A stretch of 5,000 nucleotides of DNA, taken from IMG/VR virus record IMGVR_UViG_3300045988_026353, positions 1-5,000 of that record. The stretch is one strand, 5' to 3'. The first letter of the stretch is position 1. Every line of letters begins with the position of its first letter. The translations under genes were made by a program, and so were the position numbers. Shown here piece after piece: positions 4,399-5,000 of this stretch. The notes beneath the pieces were generated by a model. The model did no database searches and was not told where the DNA came from. It was given only the letters and a program-made list of their open reading frames with translations. The DNA comes from a virus.

Positions 4399-5000
4399 TT
4401 AAAAATGATCAACCAAGCCAGGCACTGAATACACGGGCATCGGACGAGCGCACTTCAAACGAATATACGAGTCAAACAAGAATTGCGGCTCATTCTGAAC
4501 GGCAATTACACGCTCAACAGGCGGATTATCTTGAATGAATTGCGACGAAAGAGTTGGCAAAGAGCTGAACTTCTGCGCTAAATGCCAGCTATCAAGCGGC
4601 TGGGAATCAGTCGAACGGAACTTGCCAGTAATCTGACCAGGATAGTAGCGATACTCGGCATAACGCTCTTGATAACCAAAAACCTTATCGTCATCAGCAG
4701 TGCCTTGAGCATAGATCTCTTTGTTAAGAACAGCTTGTTCGCCAAGATGGGCAAGCACGGGCCAGTAAAAGTCAAAACGACCTTGACGCGACCACATGCG
4801 GTTCAAACCTTGCTGGTAAGTCAGGTCAGCGCGAACATTCACAAAGCCAAAGACGTAGCCGTGCTCGACAAAAGACTTAGAAAAGCCATTGAACGAATCA
4901 GAGACAACACCGAAGGCGGCCAAATTACCCTGCGGAGTAATGTCACTCGTAGCCGAAGTCTGCTGAACAGGATTGATCGAAATACGGGCAGACGAACCGC
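4399..5000 (-). CDS. VP1: Major capsid protein VP1, C-terminal part (same gene as 1..1116; the unique part is 4399..4887 and 4888-5000 duplicates 1-113)
   Basis: It is in the same frame as 1..1116 across the circular junction. ...GNLAAFGVVSDSFNGFSKSFVEHGYVFGFVNVRADLTYQQGLNRMWSRQGRFDFYWPVLAHLGEQAVLNKEIY...RYAEYRYYPGQITGKFRS...WHLAQKF...IRLKCARPMPVYSVPGLVDHF, TAA at 4401..4399. The M at 4923 in the track is an internal TTG (Leu), not a real start. Confidence 0.95.
   Translation of the reverse strand, partial: GSSARISINPVQQTSATSDITPQGNLAAFGVVSDSFNGFSKSFVEHGYVFGFVNVRADLTYQQGLNRMWSRQGRFDFYWPVLAHLGEQAVLNKEIYAQGTADDDKVFGYQERYAEYRYYPGQITGKFRSTDSQPLDSWHLAQKFSSLPTLSSQFIQDNPPVERVIAVQNEPQFLFDSYIRLKCARPMPVYSVPGLVDHF
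4888..5000. repeat. Terminal redundancy: exact copy of 1-113
   Basis: See feature 1-113. Confidence 0.97.

Noticed and set aside
4578-4775. 65-aa - strand ORF in the +1 frame inside the VP1 C-terminal region
   Set aside because: It starts at TTG, has no SD, and shows the same +1-frame compositional artefact.
4921-4923. Apparent Met start of a 174-aa protein in the ORF track
   Set aside because: The codon is TTG and encodes an internal Leu of VP1. The frame stays open upstream to the window end and continues at position 113 and downward after circularisation.
1-5000. Search for tRNA, rRNA, CRISPR arrays, IS elements, integrase or defence-system genes
   Set aside because: Nothing of the kind is visible. 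The whole sequence is accounted for by a compact microvirus genome, and the only large repeat is the 113-nt circular wrap-around.

Overview
The window holds one complete circular ssDNA phage genome of gokushovirus type (Microviridae), shown as the reverse complement of its coding strand. It over-runs the circle by 113 nt: positions 1-113 are identical to 4888-5000, so the unit length is 4,887 nt. All supportable genes are on the - strand, in the order VP1 (major capsid), VP2 (pilot/minor capsid), ORF8 (small basic J-like DNA-binding protein), an unknown 76-aa ORF, VP4 (HUH rolling-circle Rep), VP5 and VP3 (internal scaffold). A 346-nt intergenic region (1117-1462) follows VP3. VP1 is split by the window edges (1..1116 plus 4399..4887) and its N-terminal 372 codons are missing from the supplied ORF track; I translated them by hand and found no stop. 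I saw no tRNA, rRNA, CRISPR, integrase, transposase or recognisable lysis gene. Points worth a second look: (1) a perfect 16-bp hairpin in the intergenic region whose 9-nt loop shows ACTTGAT on the coding strand, the heptamer I recall spanning the phiX174 origin nick site; it is flanked by iteron-like repeats and is a candidate plus-strand origin. (2) Two micro-ORFs below the ORF-track cutoff that exactly fill the VP1/VP2 and VP2/ORF8 junctions: a 20-aa all-hydrophobic peptide behind the best Shine-Dalgarno in the genome, and a 32-aa amphipathic cationic peptide. (3) The unassigned 76-aa ORF, whose codon bias matches the known genes. (4) Several hairpin plus T-run elements whose mismatches are G-U wobbles only on the coding strand. 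(5) Long hydrophobic +1-frame ORFs inside VP1 and VP3, which are probably a side effect of third-position T bias. All functional assignments rest on my recognition of motifs, not on searches.
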